A stretch of 64,000 nt of DNA. It comes from Candidatus Binatia bacterium (lineage in GTDB: Bacteria > Desulfobacterota > Binatia > HRBIN30). The stretch spans positions 3,354 to 67,353 of the forward strand of contig JBHHYR010000001.1 of the NCBI GenBank assembly GCA_046757585.1, written 5' to 3'. Within the stretch, counting starts at the first letter, position 1. Each line of letters starts with the position of its first letter. Below, piece by piece: positions 28,900-38,162 of the stretch. The position numbers and the translations under genes are program-made. A model generated the notes under the pieces. That model made no database searches, was not told where the DNA came from, and saw nothing but the letters and a program-made list of their open reading frames with translations.

Positions 28900-30021
28900 T
28901 TACCTCGCGGCTCTGTGAGGTATCGGTCGGGGGCTGGTCTGTGGTCGCTGCCGCTGCATGACCGGCCGGCTTTGCCGGGCCACCCACGGGCTGTATCCCT
29001 TGAAGCGCCTCGGAGCGTAGAGCCACACGCGCCTGCACAGGCCGCGCCAGGCCGCACGGCGCAACGGCGACCGCCACAAGCCTTGCCAAGCCGCCCACCA
29101 GAGCTTCGTCGGTGCATACCAGCACACCTTGAGCCAGAACAACCCGAGCACCTGCGAGAACGCTGGCTCTGGATAGCAGCGCGCAATCTGGTTGGCAGCA
29201 CGCAGCTGGAGCAGCCACGCTCTGGCCCAATCGAGATACGCGCGACCCGGCGTGAAGCCCATCTTCTGCATGCGGCGCAGGAGGTAATGCCGTTGGAGGT
29301 CGCTGGCGGTAAACCGGATGCCGAGGCCGGTCAGCTGTGCGGCAAAAATAGTGAGGCGCCGCTCTGCTATCTGCGTTCCCCTACGCTGGGTCGTGCGGCC
29401 TCCGTGCATCCTCCGCCGCACCAGAACTTCCGGCAGAGTTGCAAGCTTGTGGTCCGCTACGATGCGGACCCACAGGTCGAAATCCGAGCCCAGGTCGTAC
29501 TCCTCATGATGGCCGTACTGCCGTATGACGGCCGTGCGAGCCATACTCGCGGAATTCTCCAAACAGGAGCGGAAGAGCCGTTCGGCTGCAATGTCATCCG
29601 CCGCGATGGGCTTGCGCTTGACCCGTCTCAGCGAGCGGCCCTGCTCATCCATGCGCCTGATCCAGGCACCCACTGCGGCGTACTCGCGGTGGCGGTCCAG
29701 GAAAGCCACCTGCTTGGCAAGCCGCTCCGGATAGGCGCAGTCATCGCTATCCAGAAACGCCAGGTATTCGCCACGTGCGAGTTCAATACCTGCATTGCGC
29801 GTTCTGGGGATGCCGAGGTTGGCCGTGTTACAGACCAGGCGAATACGCCGGTCGCGGTACGAGCGCACAATCTCCCGCGTTGCGTCAGTCGAGCCGTCAT
29901 CGATCACGAGCAGCTCAAAATCCGTGAAGGTCTGGACCAGGATACTGTCGATCGCGTCGGCGACGTAGCGTTCCCGATTGTATACAGGGATCAGCACCGT
30001 GACCTTTGGTGATCTATTCAT
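28900..30021 (-). CDS. glycosyltransferase family 2
   Basis: VTVLIPVYNRERYVADAIDSILVQTFTDFELLVIDDGSTD and LDSDD (DxD) are the GT2 (GT-A) signatures. Confidence 0.85.
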   Translation of the reverse strand: MNRSPKVTVLIPVYNRERYVADAIDSILVQTFTDFELLVIDDGSTDATREIVRSYRDRRIRLVCNTANLGIPRTRNAGIELARGEYLAFLDSDDCAYPERLAKQVAFLDRHREYAAVGAWIRRMDEQGRSLRRVKRKPIAADDIAAERLFRSCLENSASMARTAVIRQYGHHEEYDLGSDFDLWVRIVADHKLATLPEVLVRRRMHGGRTTQRRGTQIAERRLTIFAAQLTGLGIRFTASDLQRHYLLRRMQKMGFTPGRAYLDWARAWLLQLRAANQIARCYPEPAFSQVLGLFWLKVCWYAPTKLWWAAWQGLWRSPLRRAAWRGLCRRVWLYAPRRFKGYSPWVARQSRPVMQRQRPQTSPRPIPHRAAR

Positions 30022-30532
30022 GGTGGTGAGCAGCACGCTGTGAAAATCCGGCCGGTCGAGATCTCTGCCTGAGTCGGAGGAAGGACCGGAAAATCTTCTT
30101 TGCTGCCGGATTCGCGGAGTTGGGAAGCAGGTATCTCATGTCCCGACGAGCAGGTCGCGCATGCGATTGGCACTTTCCTCAACCAAGCTCAGCGAGCGTC
30201 TCGTTCGCGCCAATCCACGTTTCAGCGTCCTGCTCGGCGGTGAAATAGCCCCGCGTGCCCACCCGCCTTTTCGCGCCGCATATTGAAGTGGTCGGGCGGT
30301 CTGGAACCTGTAACACTGATTGTTCTCCAACGCGTACTCCCCTGTCCGTGGCTGTGCTGGTAGCACGGAACTGCGAGCGACAGCAACCCGCCGAGGTACC
30401 CTGACCGCCGGGAAGAACGGGTTGCCCATGTGAGGCGGGACTTTCATACCCCACCGGGCGCGGCGCTGGATGGAGCCCGCGCGCTACACCATGGCGCGCA
30501 CGAACGATACTCTCTTGCGGCGAGGTGGCGAG

Positions 30533-31534
30533 TCACGCCCGGCGCAGCTTGCGCCAGAGCGCCGGCACGAGCTGCAACGGACCCAAGGGATTGCGCTGGG
30601 CGCGCCGCAGCTCGGCTTCCACCTGGTCGATGTGCCGCAGCACCGGCGCCATCGCGGCGACCCCGTGCTCGATACGTTGCCAGTCTTCCCACAGCTCGGC
30701 CGCGTGCGGACCAACTTCGTCAGTCGCGAGGCGCCGCAGCCATCGGTACGCGTCGCGGGTCAAGACATTGACGCGGCCGTCGCACCCCAGATCATCATCG
30801 CTGAACTGGCTGTGTCGCATGCTGCGGCGCAAAAACTCCGCTGCGTACGTTTGGATCGCGTTCTTCGTGCCGGCAGTCACAGGAATGTCCAGCGCCCCGG
30901 CCACCCGTTCCATCTGAGCCACGGGATTCGCCATGAGGAGGTCGTAGTCGACCACGACGAAGGGCCGCTCCTGGATCCGCCGGAAATAGGGCACGACATT
31001 CACCAGCCACTCGAGATCACTGTGCTCTTGCCTACCGCGGCGTGGGTCGAGCTTCGCCCGAGACCGGGCAACGCTCAACGGATTGCGCACGGCCACGACG
31101 TAACGCACATCCAAATCCAGAGATCGATAGACGTCTTCCCAGAACGGCAGCAGGCGCAGCGTGCGCCCGTACTTGTAGCCCCACAGCGGGTAGCGGCCGA
31201 AGCGGCGTCGGATGGTTTCCACAGCTTCCTGGTGCAACGCCTGCACCGGTGGCGCACGCCACTGGTCCGGCTCGATCAGGGCGACGCTGTCGGCTCTGAG
31301 GACCAGAATCCTGCGTAGGCGTTTGTTGATGGCAAGCAAGCTTTGGTCTTCAAAGAAACCGGTTGGGTTTTTCCCGCCGGCCGGCTTGAGGTGATCACCG
31401 AGTTCTATCCCGAGCGCCTGCAGGCCGCGTGTAATGGCACTGGTGCCGCTGCGGCCGGCGCCGACGACGACCATAGCGCGCGCTTCCGACAGCGTGCGGG
31501 CTTCCGTCGCGACCCGGCTGGCTGCTGCAGGCAT
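30533..31534 (-). CDS. sulfotransferase family protein
   Basis: P-loop-like PAPS 5-phosphosulfate-binding motif VVGAGRSGTS and a downstream RNPLSVARS block. The start abuts the upstream sulfotransferase stop. Confidence 0.65.
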   Translation of the reverse strand: MPAAASRVATEARTLSEARAMVVVGAGRSGTSAITRGLQALGIELGDHLKPAGGKNPTGFFEDQSLLAINKRLRRILVLRADSVALIEPDQWRAPPVQALHQEAVETIRRRFGRYPLWGYKYGRTLRLLPFWEDVYRSLDLDVRYVVAVRNPLSVARSRAKLDPRRGRQEHSDLEWLVNVVPYFRRIQERPFVVVDYDLLMANPVAQMERVAGALDIPVTAGTKNAIQTYAAEFLRRSMRHSQFSDDDLGCDGRVNVLTRDAYRWLRRLATDEVGPHAAELWEDWQRIEHGVAAMAPVLRHIDQVEAELRRAQRNPLGPLQLVPALWRKLRRA

Positions 31535-31536
31535 GG

Positions 31537-32457
31537 TCAGTACCCGAAAGTGGAAGAAAGCCGGCTGCGGACGAGCGCGTCCATTTCGGCAGTTTGCTCA
31601 GGGGTAAAGTAATCGCGGTAGCCACCCACTTTGCCACGCCGCACCTTGAAGGAATCCGGATCATTCGGGTTGTGAAGTCTCAACCCCCAGTTCGAGAAAT
31701 AGTGCGTTCGTTCCAACTGCTTCAAGTTGTCGAAGGCGGCAAACGCGACCGCGTCTTCGATCGCCTCGTCCCCGAACGACTCGCCCATGAAAGAAGTCAA
31801 CCGTCTCATGGTGTCCGCCGGACGAGCGCGCAAATCTTCGTAGCGGAGCAGGAACCGCGGCGCGATCTGGGAAAGATTTCGCTCCCAGCGGTTCAAGTAC
31901 GCCACGAGGGCGGGCAGGCCGAGCTCGGGATGCATGACGAACTCCCACATCGGAATGGCTGCCGGGTCGACCGGCTGGCGCAGGGTGTGCGCGATCAGTT
32001 CGCGCTTGTAGGCGCTGATCCGTTTCGTGAATTGCAGGTACCACGACACCGCGACGTCGCAAGGGTGACGGGCCAGGAACACAACCTTCTTGCGATCCCA
32101 CCCCGACTGTACCGCGAGGGACGCAAAGGATCTCTCGAGCACGCCTTCGTACGTATAGTGGCCATTGGTGATCAGGAATCTCGGCAGCGCTGGGTTGCGG
32201 TTGTAAAGCTCATCGGTCTTCACGATCCGCCGTGACGGTAGGCCGTATTTCACCTGGTACAGCCGAGAAACCATGACCCGCAGCCAGGTACCGCCGCTCT
32301 TCGGATGCACGACGATGACAATGTCCGCTCGGGCGGCCTTGGCAAGCTGAAAACGGGACAGCAGCCGAAACCGAGCAGGGAGTCGAAGTGGTTTCGGGAG
32401 TCCGGCGGTCGAAGCCAGAATGGCGGCATGCTTCAGCACGTCAGGGACTTGAGTCAT
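31537..32457 (-). CDS. sulfotransferase (Sulfotransfer_1-like)
   Basis: 5-PSB motif HPKSGGTWL and 3-PB motif FLARHPCDVAVSWY. Confidence 0.8.
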   Translation of the reverse strand: MTQVPDVLKHAAILASTAGLPKPLRLPARFRLLSRFQLAKAARADIVIVVHPKSGGTWLRVMVSRLYQVKYGLPSRRIVKTDELYNRNPALPRFLITNGHYTYEGVLERSFASLAVQSGWDRKKVVFLARHPCDVAVSWYLQFTKRISAYKRELIAHTLRQPVDPAAIPMWEFVMHPELGLPALVAYLNRWERNLSQIAPRFLLRYEDLRARPADTMRRLTSFMGESFGDEAIEDAVAFAAFDNLKQLERTHYFSNWGLRLHNPNDPDSFKVRRGKVGGYRDYFTPEQTAEMDALVRSRLSSTFGY

Positions 32458-32511
32458 GGTGTCGCCAGATGCACGCGCATGCGAGCCTGCTTGTCCGCAC
32501 GGATCTGAACG

Positions 32512-33288
32512 CTAGTACCGCTGGTGCTGCAGGCCGACCGCGCGGAGCAGGCGGTCGATCGGCCTGAACCGGTTGATCACGACAATGAACACCTTACGCA
32601 GGCGATCCTGCGGGCAATGGATTTCGCGCACGCCATGCCACGATTGCTGCGTACGCGCGAACAGTACACTGCGGTTGCCCAGCGCCTGCGTGGAAATCAC
32701 CTGCTGAAAGTCGTCGAACTCGGGGGCTGACGCACGCTTGAAACGTCCCCCATCGTCGAGCACCAATGTCTCTCCTCCCCAAGCGGGGTCCCAGTCCTCG
32801 GTGGTGTTGAAGTAGAAGATGTGCGAGCCGAGCTTGCGTTTGGCATCGCAGTGGGGCGAAACGGAACACCCGTTCGGCGTGTAGTGCCAATGAAACCCCA
32901 CATCGAGGGAGTCGACACGGAGCATCCGGCGTAAGAAGCCTTGGTATTTCTTGCCCCGCAACTCCGCGATGAATTCCTTCCAGGGGGACGCAACATCAAG
33001 ATCATCGCTGTAATCGAGGTAGTAGCGATCGTGGCTTTTCTGGCCGTGAGAACGTTTCTTGCCGAAGAATGGCTTGAAACGGGAGACATCGGGGAGTGTT
33101 TCGAGCAAGCGCCGGTACCCTATCGTCGTCAGAAGCCCCTCGGGGTTGATCCAAGGATAGGGCTTCTGCGACCGGAAAGCATCGGCGCTAATCGCTGCCA
33201 GACGGTCGAAATCCAAGTATGTCATGGCATCCCTGTTGCGCTGAAACGCTCTTTCATGAACCAGATCGACCCCAAGTATAGAAGACAT
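32512..33288 (-). CDS. 2OG-Fe(II) oxygenase-like protein
   Basis: Candidate facial triad: H-x-D (SPHCDAK) and a distal His (QSWHGV), in a beta-rich context. Start at ATG 33288, because the upstream part of the six-frame ORF runs into the repeat element. Confidence 0.55.
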   Translation of the reverse strand: MSSILGVDLVHERAFQRNRDAMTYLDFDRLAAISADAFRSQKPYPWINPEGLLTTIGYRRLLETLPDVSRFKPFFGKKRSHGQKSHDRYYLDYSDDLDVASPWKEFIAELRGKKYQGFLRRMLRVDSLDVGFHWHYTPNGCSVSPHCDAKRKLGSHIFYFNTTEDWDPAWGGETLVLDDGGRFKRASAPEFDDFQQVISTQALGNRSVLFARTQQSWHGVREIHCPQDRLRKVFIVVINRFRPIDRLLRAVGLQHQRY

Positions 33289-33299
33289 GGCGGGCAAGT

Positions 33300-33468
33300 C
33301 TAGCAGTCCGTCGAAAAACAGGCGCCGTAGCGAGGGCGAGCGATTTTCCGTCAGATCAAGGCGCCGAACCGGAGGCAAATCCGATGATTTTGTTGAGGAT
33401 TCGGCAACGCAGAGCTGGCGGAAAATAGCCGCCCGCAGTAGGGGCCCTGTTTTTCAACGGGCTGCTGG
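33300..33468 (+). mobile_element. MITE-like 169-bp element, copy 2
   Basis: Near-identical to 12452-12620, in the same orientation. It fills the gap between the ELM1-family gene stop (33484) and the oxygenase start (33288). Confidence 0.75.
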
Positions 33469-33483
33469 CCCGTGGTGGACGCG

Positions 33484-34638
33484 CTAATCAGCCAGCAGGG
33501 CACGAACGCGGGCGACCGCGCGCGCCATGTCGTCCAGAGGCTGCCGCCGCACGGTGTCTGCGCTCTCGCCCAGCCGTGTCACCAAGCCGCGTACCTTGAG
33601 CGCCCGGTGGTACGCGTCAAAGTCACGTCGCGGCTTGATCAGCCCCAGATCTACCCGTCGATCATACCGGCCGGCCGGCCCGTCCGCGGGCGCGGCCGCG
33701 CCAGCCGCGTCGCTACGGTCCACCTGCAGCTGGCCGCCAGGGCGCAGAAAGGTGCGCACCGCGAATCGCCAGCCGGCCCGTCGCGGCCATTCGAACAACG
33801 CCACTGGCTTGGCAGTCGCGCACGCTTCCACGAGCATCGACGCGCTGTCCGCGGTGACAATGAAGCGATCCGCTAGCGCGAGAAACGCTAGATAGGGATT
33901 CTCTGGGTCATGCGGGTGCCAGCGGTGGCAGTACGCGGGACATGTGACGGCGGCCAACAGCGCGTCGGCGGCGGCCACCGGCGTGCGCGGGCTGGTGCTG
34001 AGCAGGAGCGATCCACCGCTGGCGCGCACCTGGGCGCTGGCCTCGCGAGCGAGACGTGCCGCGGTGACCGGATCGAGCACGTACGAGGAGCTGTTTCCAC
34101 CTACGAAGAGAGCCGTGTACGGCCGCACGAACCCCTCGAGCCGTGATGCCCAGCGAGACGCGGCCTCGGCCAGCCGCTCAGGGGCAAGGCGATTCAACGG
34201 TGCCGTCAGATGCAACACGTTCGGACGCTGCGGCAAACAATACTGGGGCAGCGTGATGACGAGATCGAATAGGGCCAGCGGCGCCTGGGTATGCAGGAGA
34301 TGCACGAGCCGGGTGTGGCCCGCCGACTGCTTCTTGATCCATCGCGCTACCGGTACGCTGCGCCGCGAGGCGGCGATCACCAGGTCCGGCCAGGGCGGCC
34401 TCAGCGGACTCGATCTACGGTGGTTCAGGCTCAGCAGCGAAGCGCCAAGCAACAAGTTGGGGCAACGGTTCAATGGGTTGTGCACCAGCTGTTTGGTCTC
34501 GTAGGGCCATCCCAGGGCGGCTGCCAGGCTCAACATCTGTCCGTTTCCGCCGGTTCCCTTGCCCAAGAGAACCCACACCGTCGGTGGGGATGCCCGGCAT
34601 GCGGTCTCCGTTAGCGGAGCACCTTCTTCAGAATCCAT
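33484..34638 (-). CDS. ELM1 (mitochondrial-fission ELM1 / DUF1022) family protein, GT-B-like
   Basis: VWVLLGKGTGGNGQMLSLAAALGWPYETK...PWPDLVIAASRRSVPVARWIKKQS is the family N-terminal pattern. An alternative GTG start at 34578 would remove the 28-nt overlap with gpmA. Confidence 0.72.
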   Translation of the reverse strand: MDSEEGAPLTETACRASPPTVWVLLGKGTGGNGQMLSLAAALGWPYETKQLVHNPLNRCPNLLLGASLLSLNHRRSSPLRPPWPDLVIAASRRSVPVARWIKKQSAGHTRLVHLLHTQAPLALFDLVITLPQYCLPQRPNVLHLTAPLNRLAPERLAEAASRWASRLEGFVRPYTALFVGGNSSSYVLDPVTAARLAREASAQVRASGGSLLLSTSPRTPVAAADALLAAVTCPAYCHRWHPHDPENPYLAFLALADRFIVTADSASMLVEACATAKPVALFEWPRRAGWRFAVRTFLRPGGQLQVDRSDAAGAAAPADGPAGRYDRRVDLGLIKPRRDFDAYHRALKVRGLVTRLGESADTVRRQPLDDMARAVARVRALLAD

Positions 34639-35345
34639 TCGAGAAGTTCGGGACGGCGTCGGAGATAATAGTGCCGCAGCGGCCGCACGTCGCGGTTCAG
34701 TTCGTACACCAGGGGCTCGCCGGTTGGAACATGGATGGCGGGCACCTCCGCGTCGGGGATATCGTCGAGATACTTGATGAGTCCCCGCAGAGTGTTGCCG
34801 TGTGCGACGACGAGGATCTGTTTGCCGCGTCGGAGCTCCGGCACGATGGTATCATGCCAATAGGGGAGGAGGCGCGTCACAGTGTCTTTCAGGCTTTCGG
34901 TGTGCGGGAGTGCAGCCGTGCCGAGCGCGGCATAGCGTGGGTCAAACCCCGGGTAGCGGGCGTCGCCCCTGTCGAGTGGGGGGGGCGGCACGGCGAAGTG
35001 CCGTTGCCAGACGAGCACCTGTCTAGCACCGTACTTCCGCACGGCCTCCCACCGGCTCAACCCCTGCAACGCTCCGTAATGCCGTTCGTTCAGACACCAG
35101 CTCTGCTGGACGGGGACGCACGCGAAATTCATGGTTTCAAGCACGATCCGCAGTGTTTCGGTCGCGCGTTTCAGACAGGAAGTGAAGCACAGATCAAACG
35201 CAAATCCCTTCGCTCTCAACAGACGTCCCGCCCGCTTCGCCTGCGCCACGCCACGCCTGCTCAGAGCGACATCGGTCCAGCCGGTGAACCGTCTCTCGCG
35301 GTTCCAAACGCTTTCGCCGTGGCGCAGGAGTGTGAGCTTGACCAT
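34611..35345 (-). CDS. gpmA: 2,3-bisphosphoglycerate-dependent phosphoglycerate mutase
   Basis: LLRHGESVWNRERRFTGWTDVALS (catalytic His motif) and VVAHGNTLRGLIKYLD..IPTGEPLVYEL. Confidence 0.9.
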   Translation of the reverse strand: MVKLTLLRHGESVWNRERRFTGWTDVALSRRGVAQAKRAGRLLRAKGFAFDLCFTSCLKRATETLRIVLETMNFACVPVQQSWCLNERHYGALQGLSRWEAVRKYGARQVLVWQRHFAVPPPPLDRGDARYPGFDPRYAALGTAALPHTESLKDTVTRLLPYWHDTIVPELRRGKQILVVAHGNTLRGLIKYLDDIPDAEVPAIHVPTGEPLVYELNRDVRPLRHYYLRRRPELLEWILKKVLR

Positions 35346-35369
35346 CGTCGTTCATCGGCTCCTCGACGA

Positions 35370-37907
35370 TCAGAGCGTCGCGCTGCAGCGGTCTCCCGGC
35401 ACAGCCTCGTGGCCCTCGTCCGGTACGCGACTGGGATCGGTGATGCCCAACAGCGCCCGCACCTTGGCGGCTACTGCATCGACTTCCCGCAGTGCGGGGC
35501 GTGGCCCCGTCTGCAGCGGTTCGCCGAAAAAGCGAGCGATGCCACGTTCGACCATGCGGTGGTGCAGCGCGTTGAGATCCCGCGGGGGCCGCACGAGGCC
35601 GTGTGCGATGAACCACGCACACAGGTATTCTAAGCCCTGTTGCGGCCGTACCGTCCCACGCCGGTTCAGTGGGCGCGCCGTGGCACGCGCGACCACCCAC
35701 TCTCTGAGCCGCAGCCACGGCCCCAGGAGCTGCTCCGGCAGCGGGTAAATGTACATCGGTTTGCCGGTGGCGGCTGCCTCGGCGAGCATCGACTCGCTGT
35801 CTCCAGTCACAACCAGCACATCGGCCAAGGCCAAGTACCCCAGGTAGGGGTTCGCTCGGCGTCCCGGCTGCCACTGATGCACGGACGCGGAGCCGCCAAG
35901 TCCCGCCTTGAGGGCCTCCGTAGCCTCCGCCCCCGTGCGGCGGCTGGTCACAGCGAACACGGACCCGCCCGCGGCTTGGGCGACGGCACGCACTTCCTCG
36001 GCCATGCGCCGCGCGGTCTTCCGATCCAGCCGGTGCCGCAGCGAAGTCCCTCCCACCACGAGCACGATCCGCGGGCGCGGGCGGTTGTCCAGCAGATTGG
36101 GCCAGCGGGCGGCCGCCTTCGCAAGCCGCGCCGGCGTGACGGGGTTGAGCGGCACAACGGTTTCAATGCGCCGCGGATGGCGCGGAAAACGGAAGTGCCC
36201 GCAGGTGATCACCACGTCGAACCGCCCGACGACATCACCACCCTTACGCCCCAGCTGCACCAACCGGGTTCCGCCTTGACTCTGCTTGCCGATCCAGCGT
36301 GCCACCGGTGCGGTCCGCCGGCCGGTCGCGATCACCACGTCGGGCCACGGCGGGGCGAGCCCCGCCGACCGCCGTCTATCGAGCGAGATTCGCTTCGCCC
36401 CGAGCAGGCCGTTGCTCAGGAGGTTGAGCGCGTTGAACCGTAACGCCTTGGTCTCGTAAGGCCAACCGAGCGCCTGGGCGAGTCCGACGGATTGGATTGT
36501 GTGGCCCGGCTTGTGATCGGTAAGGACCCACACTCTTGGGGCGCTTCCCAGCCAGCAGCCCCCCGACCGCACCCGGGTTTCGCTGCGCCCCATTGCAGTC
36601 CGCCACGACGCGACGAGCCGCCAGTGCACGTGTGGGTGACGCGCAGCGGCCGCTTCGAACCGTGCGAACCACCACTCCGGCTCACGCGGTCGCCGGCGCG
36701 ATCGGGTTCCATCGTGCAGGATCCCTGCGCCCGCACCAGCGGACACGCTCGCGTACACGAAGCGGCCGGCGTACCGGAACAGCTCTTCAACAACCCAGGG
36801 AACGTCTTCGTCCGGCAACAGCTCCAGCCCGCCGGTACACGCGACGCCGTCGAACTGTTCCGTAGGTGGCGTCGCCATGGACGGCACGGCAGGATCGTAG
36901 CGTGTGACGATGTGTTCCCCGTCCGCAGCGAGGTCCATTTCGGCCACTCCCATCGCACCGTCGTCCCCGCTCCAGCGGTACTCCAAAATTGTGCGTGCGC
37001 CCGTCATAGTGATCAGCTCGCGGAGCCGCGCTTCCGGGGCAGCCGCAGCGGGTCGTACCGTTGCACGGGGGCCATCGCCACGGCCGCGCGCGGCGCGTAG
37101 CCGCGCCAGCAATGCCGTATACCCGGCGCTCGGACGGGCAGCCGTGAACACTTGGTACCCACTTGCGTCAGCCGCCCGTTCAAGATCGAACCAGACGTCA
37201 TCGATGGGGTTCGACTGGTAGACGAACCGGCGTGGAAATGGCCGCCATGGTTGTGTGTGCAGAACGGTGTAGTGCAACAATCTCGACCGCCCCCGCACAT
37301 ACTCCCGGTCACGCGCGTTCCACTCGGGAGCCAGGGCACCGTGCAACCCCGGCACTGCAAGTGCCTTGGCCAGCAGGGAATTTTTTCGGCCACGCTGCGC
37401 GGCGTCAAGGGTCCAGATCTCCGCCATCCGTGCACAGTCGATCAACATGACCGAGGAGTCCTTCGCGTCGATAGCAAGGAAACCATGGCCACCCATGTCG
37501 GTGTCGAACAGCTCTGCGGGATCGCGCAGGTAGACTTGATCCACGTCGTTGTATATCGCCCGCCCGCTGCGGCCGGCAAAGTGCGGAATGGCGAAGCGGT
37601 AGTTCGTGAAGCCTGTGAGCCACAGGTGCCGGCGCCAGCCGAAACCTGCCAGTTCCTTCATGAGATAGATCTCATACACCCGCGACGGATCCCGCACCTG
37701 TTCGATGGACCAGATGAACACCCGCTCAGCGCGCCAATGGGCCGGCTCAGTGCCCAGGAAGATGCGTACCGGTGGCTTCGAACAGGGGGGGACGCCGCTG
37801 CGCACGTCGAGCACGACTCGCTCGGGCTGCATCCGCACGGCGGCGCGGCCATTGTCTGCCCGGGACCAGAACCGCGCGGCCACGCGCGCCGCTGTCGCAA
37901 GGGTCAT
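35370..37907 (-). CDS. multidomain GT8-like glycosyltransferase / methyltransferase-like middle region / ELM1-family fusion protein
   Basis: N-terminus: NYRFAIPHF..AIYNDVDQVY (GT8 DxD). Middle: FDGVACTGGLELLPDEDVPWVVEELFRYAGRFVYASV, which resembles a methyltransferase C-terminal region. C-terminus: VWVLTDHKPGHTIQSVGLAQALGWPYETK...PWPDVVIATGRRTAPVARWIGKQS, paralogous to 33484-34638. Confidence 0.7.
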   Translation of the reverse strand: MTLATAARVAARFWSRADNGRAAVRMQPERVVLDVRSGVPPCSKPPVRIFLGTEPAHWRAERVFIWSIEQVRDPSRVYEIYLMKELAGFGWRRHLWLTGFTNYRFAIPHFAGRSGRAIYNDVDQVYLRDPAELFDTDMGGHGFLAIDAKDSSVMLIDCARMAEIWTLDAAQRGRKNSLLAKALAVPGLHGALAPEWNARDREYVRGRSRLLHYTVLHTQPWRPFPRRFVYQSNPIDDVWFDLERAADASGYQVFTAARPSAGYTALLARLRAARGRGDGPRATVRPAAAAPEARLRELITMTGARTILEYRWSGDDGAMGVAEMDLAADGEHIVTRYDPAVPSMATPPTEQFDGVACTGGLELLPDEDVPWVVEELFRYAGRFVYASVSAGAGAGILHDGTRSRRRPREPEWWFARFEAAAARHPHVHWRLVASWRTAMGRSETRVRSGGCWLGSAPRVWVLTDHKPGHTIQSVGLAQALGWPYETKALRFNALNLLSNGLLGAKRISLDRRRSAGLAPPWPDVVIATGRRTAPVARWIGKQSQGGTRLVQLGRKGGDVVGRFDVVITCGHFRFPRHPRRIETVVPLNPVTPARLAKAAARWPNLLDNRPRPRIVLVVGGTSLRHRLDRKTARRMAEEVRAVAQAAGGSVFAVTSRRTGAEATEALKAGLGGSASVHQWQPGRRANPYLGYLALADVLVVTGDSESMLAEAAATGKPMYIYPLPEQLLGPWLRLREWVVARATARPLNRRGTVRPQQGLEYLCAWFIAHGLVRPPRDLNALHHRMVERGIARFFGEPLQTGPRPALREVDAVAAKVRALLGITDPSRVPDEGHEAVPGDRCSATL

Positions 37908-38162
37908 AACCGCTTCCGTCTACCGGCGGTGATCAGTTGACACGAACGCCCGCCCTGCCATCCACCTGAGATGCCTGGTTAGCAGGAAGCGGTGCAAGAA
38001 ACCATCCGCGGGCGGCGTTCGGTGCCAGCGAGGGCGGCCGGAACGCAGTGCCCGGGAGTACGGTGCGCCCCGGGCACTGGGGTCGCCGCCTCCCTGCGCT
38101 CTCCGACGCAGCGAACTCTCACTTCGCCTTGGCGGACACCCGATTGTATGCGAAAGGGAGCC

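Noticed and set aside
28716-29201. N-terminal 162-codon extension of the DUF3604 ORF, and the ORFs 28727-29230(-) and 28879-30012(+).
   Set aside because: The extension overlaps the 3-prime end of the GT2 gene and is compositionally biased. GTG 28715, with an RBS and a signal sequence, is a better start. The plus-strand ORF is antisense to the clear GT2 gene.
30136-30454. Two overlapping small minus-strand ORFs (103 and 91 aa). One ends ..YFTAEQDAETWIGANETLAELG, which looked faintly antitoxin-like, and it could be joined by a frameshift to ..LVEESANRMRDLLVGT.
   Set aside because: There is no RBS and no recognisable family, the composition is heavily biased upstream, and the frameshift idea is unsupported by any motif. 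I kept only the observation that the region is a long gap.
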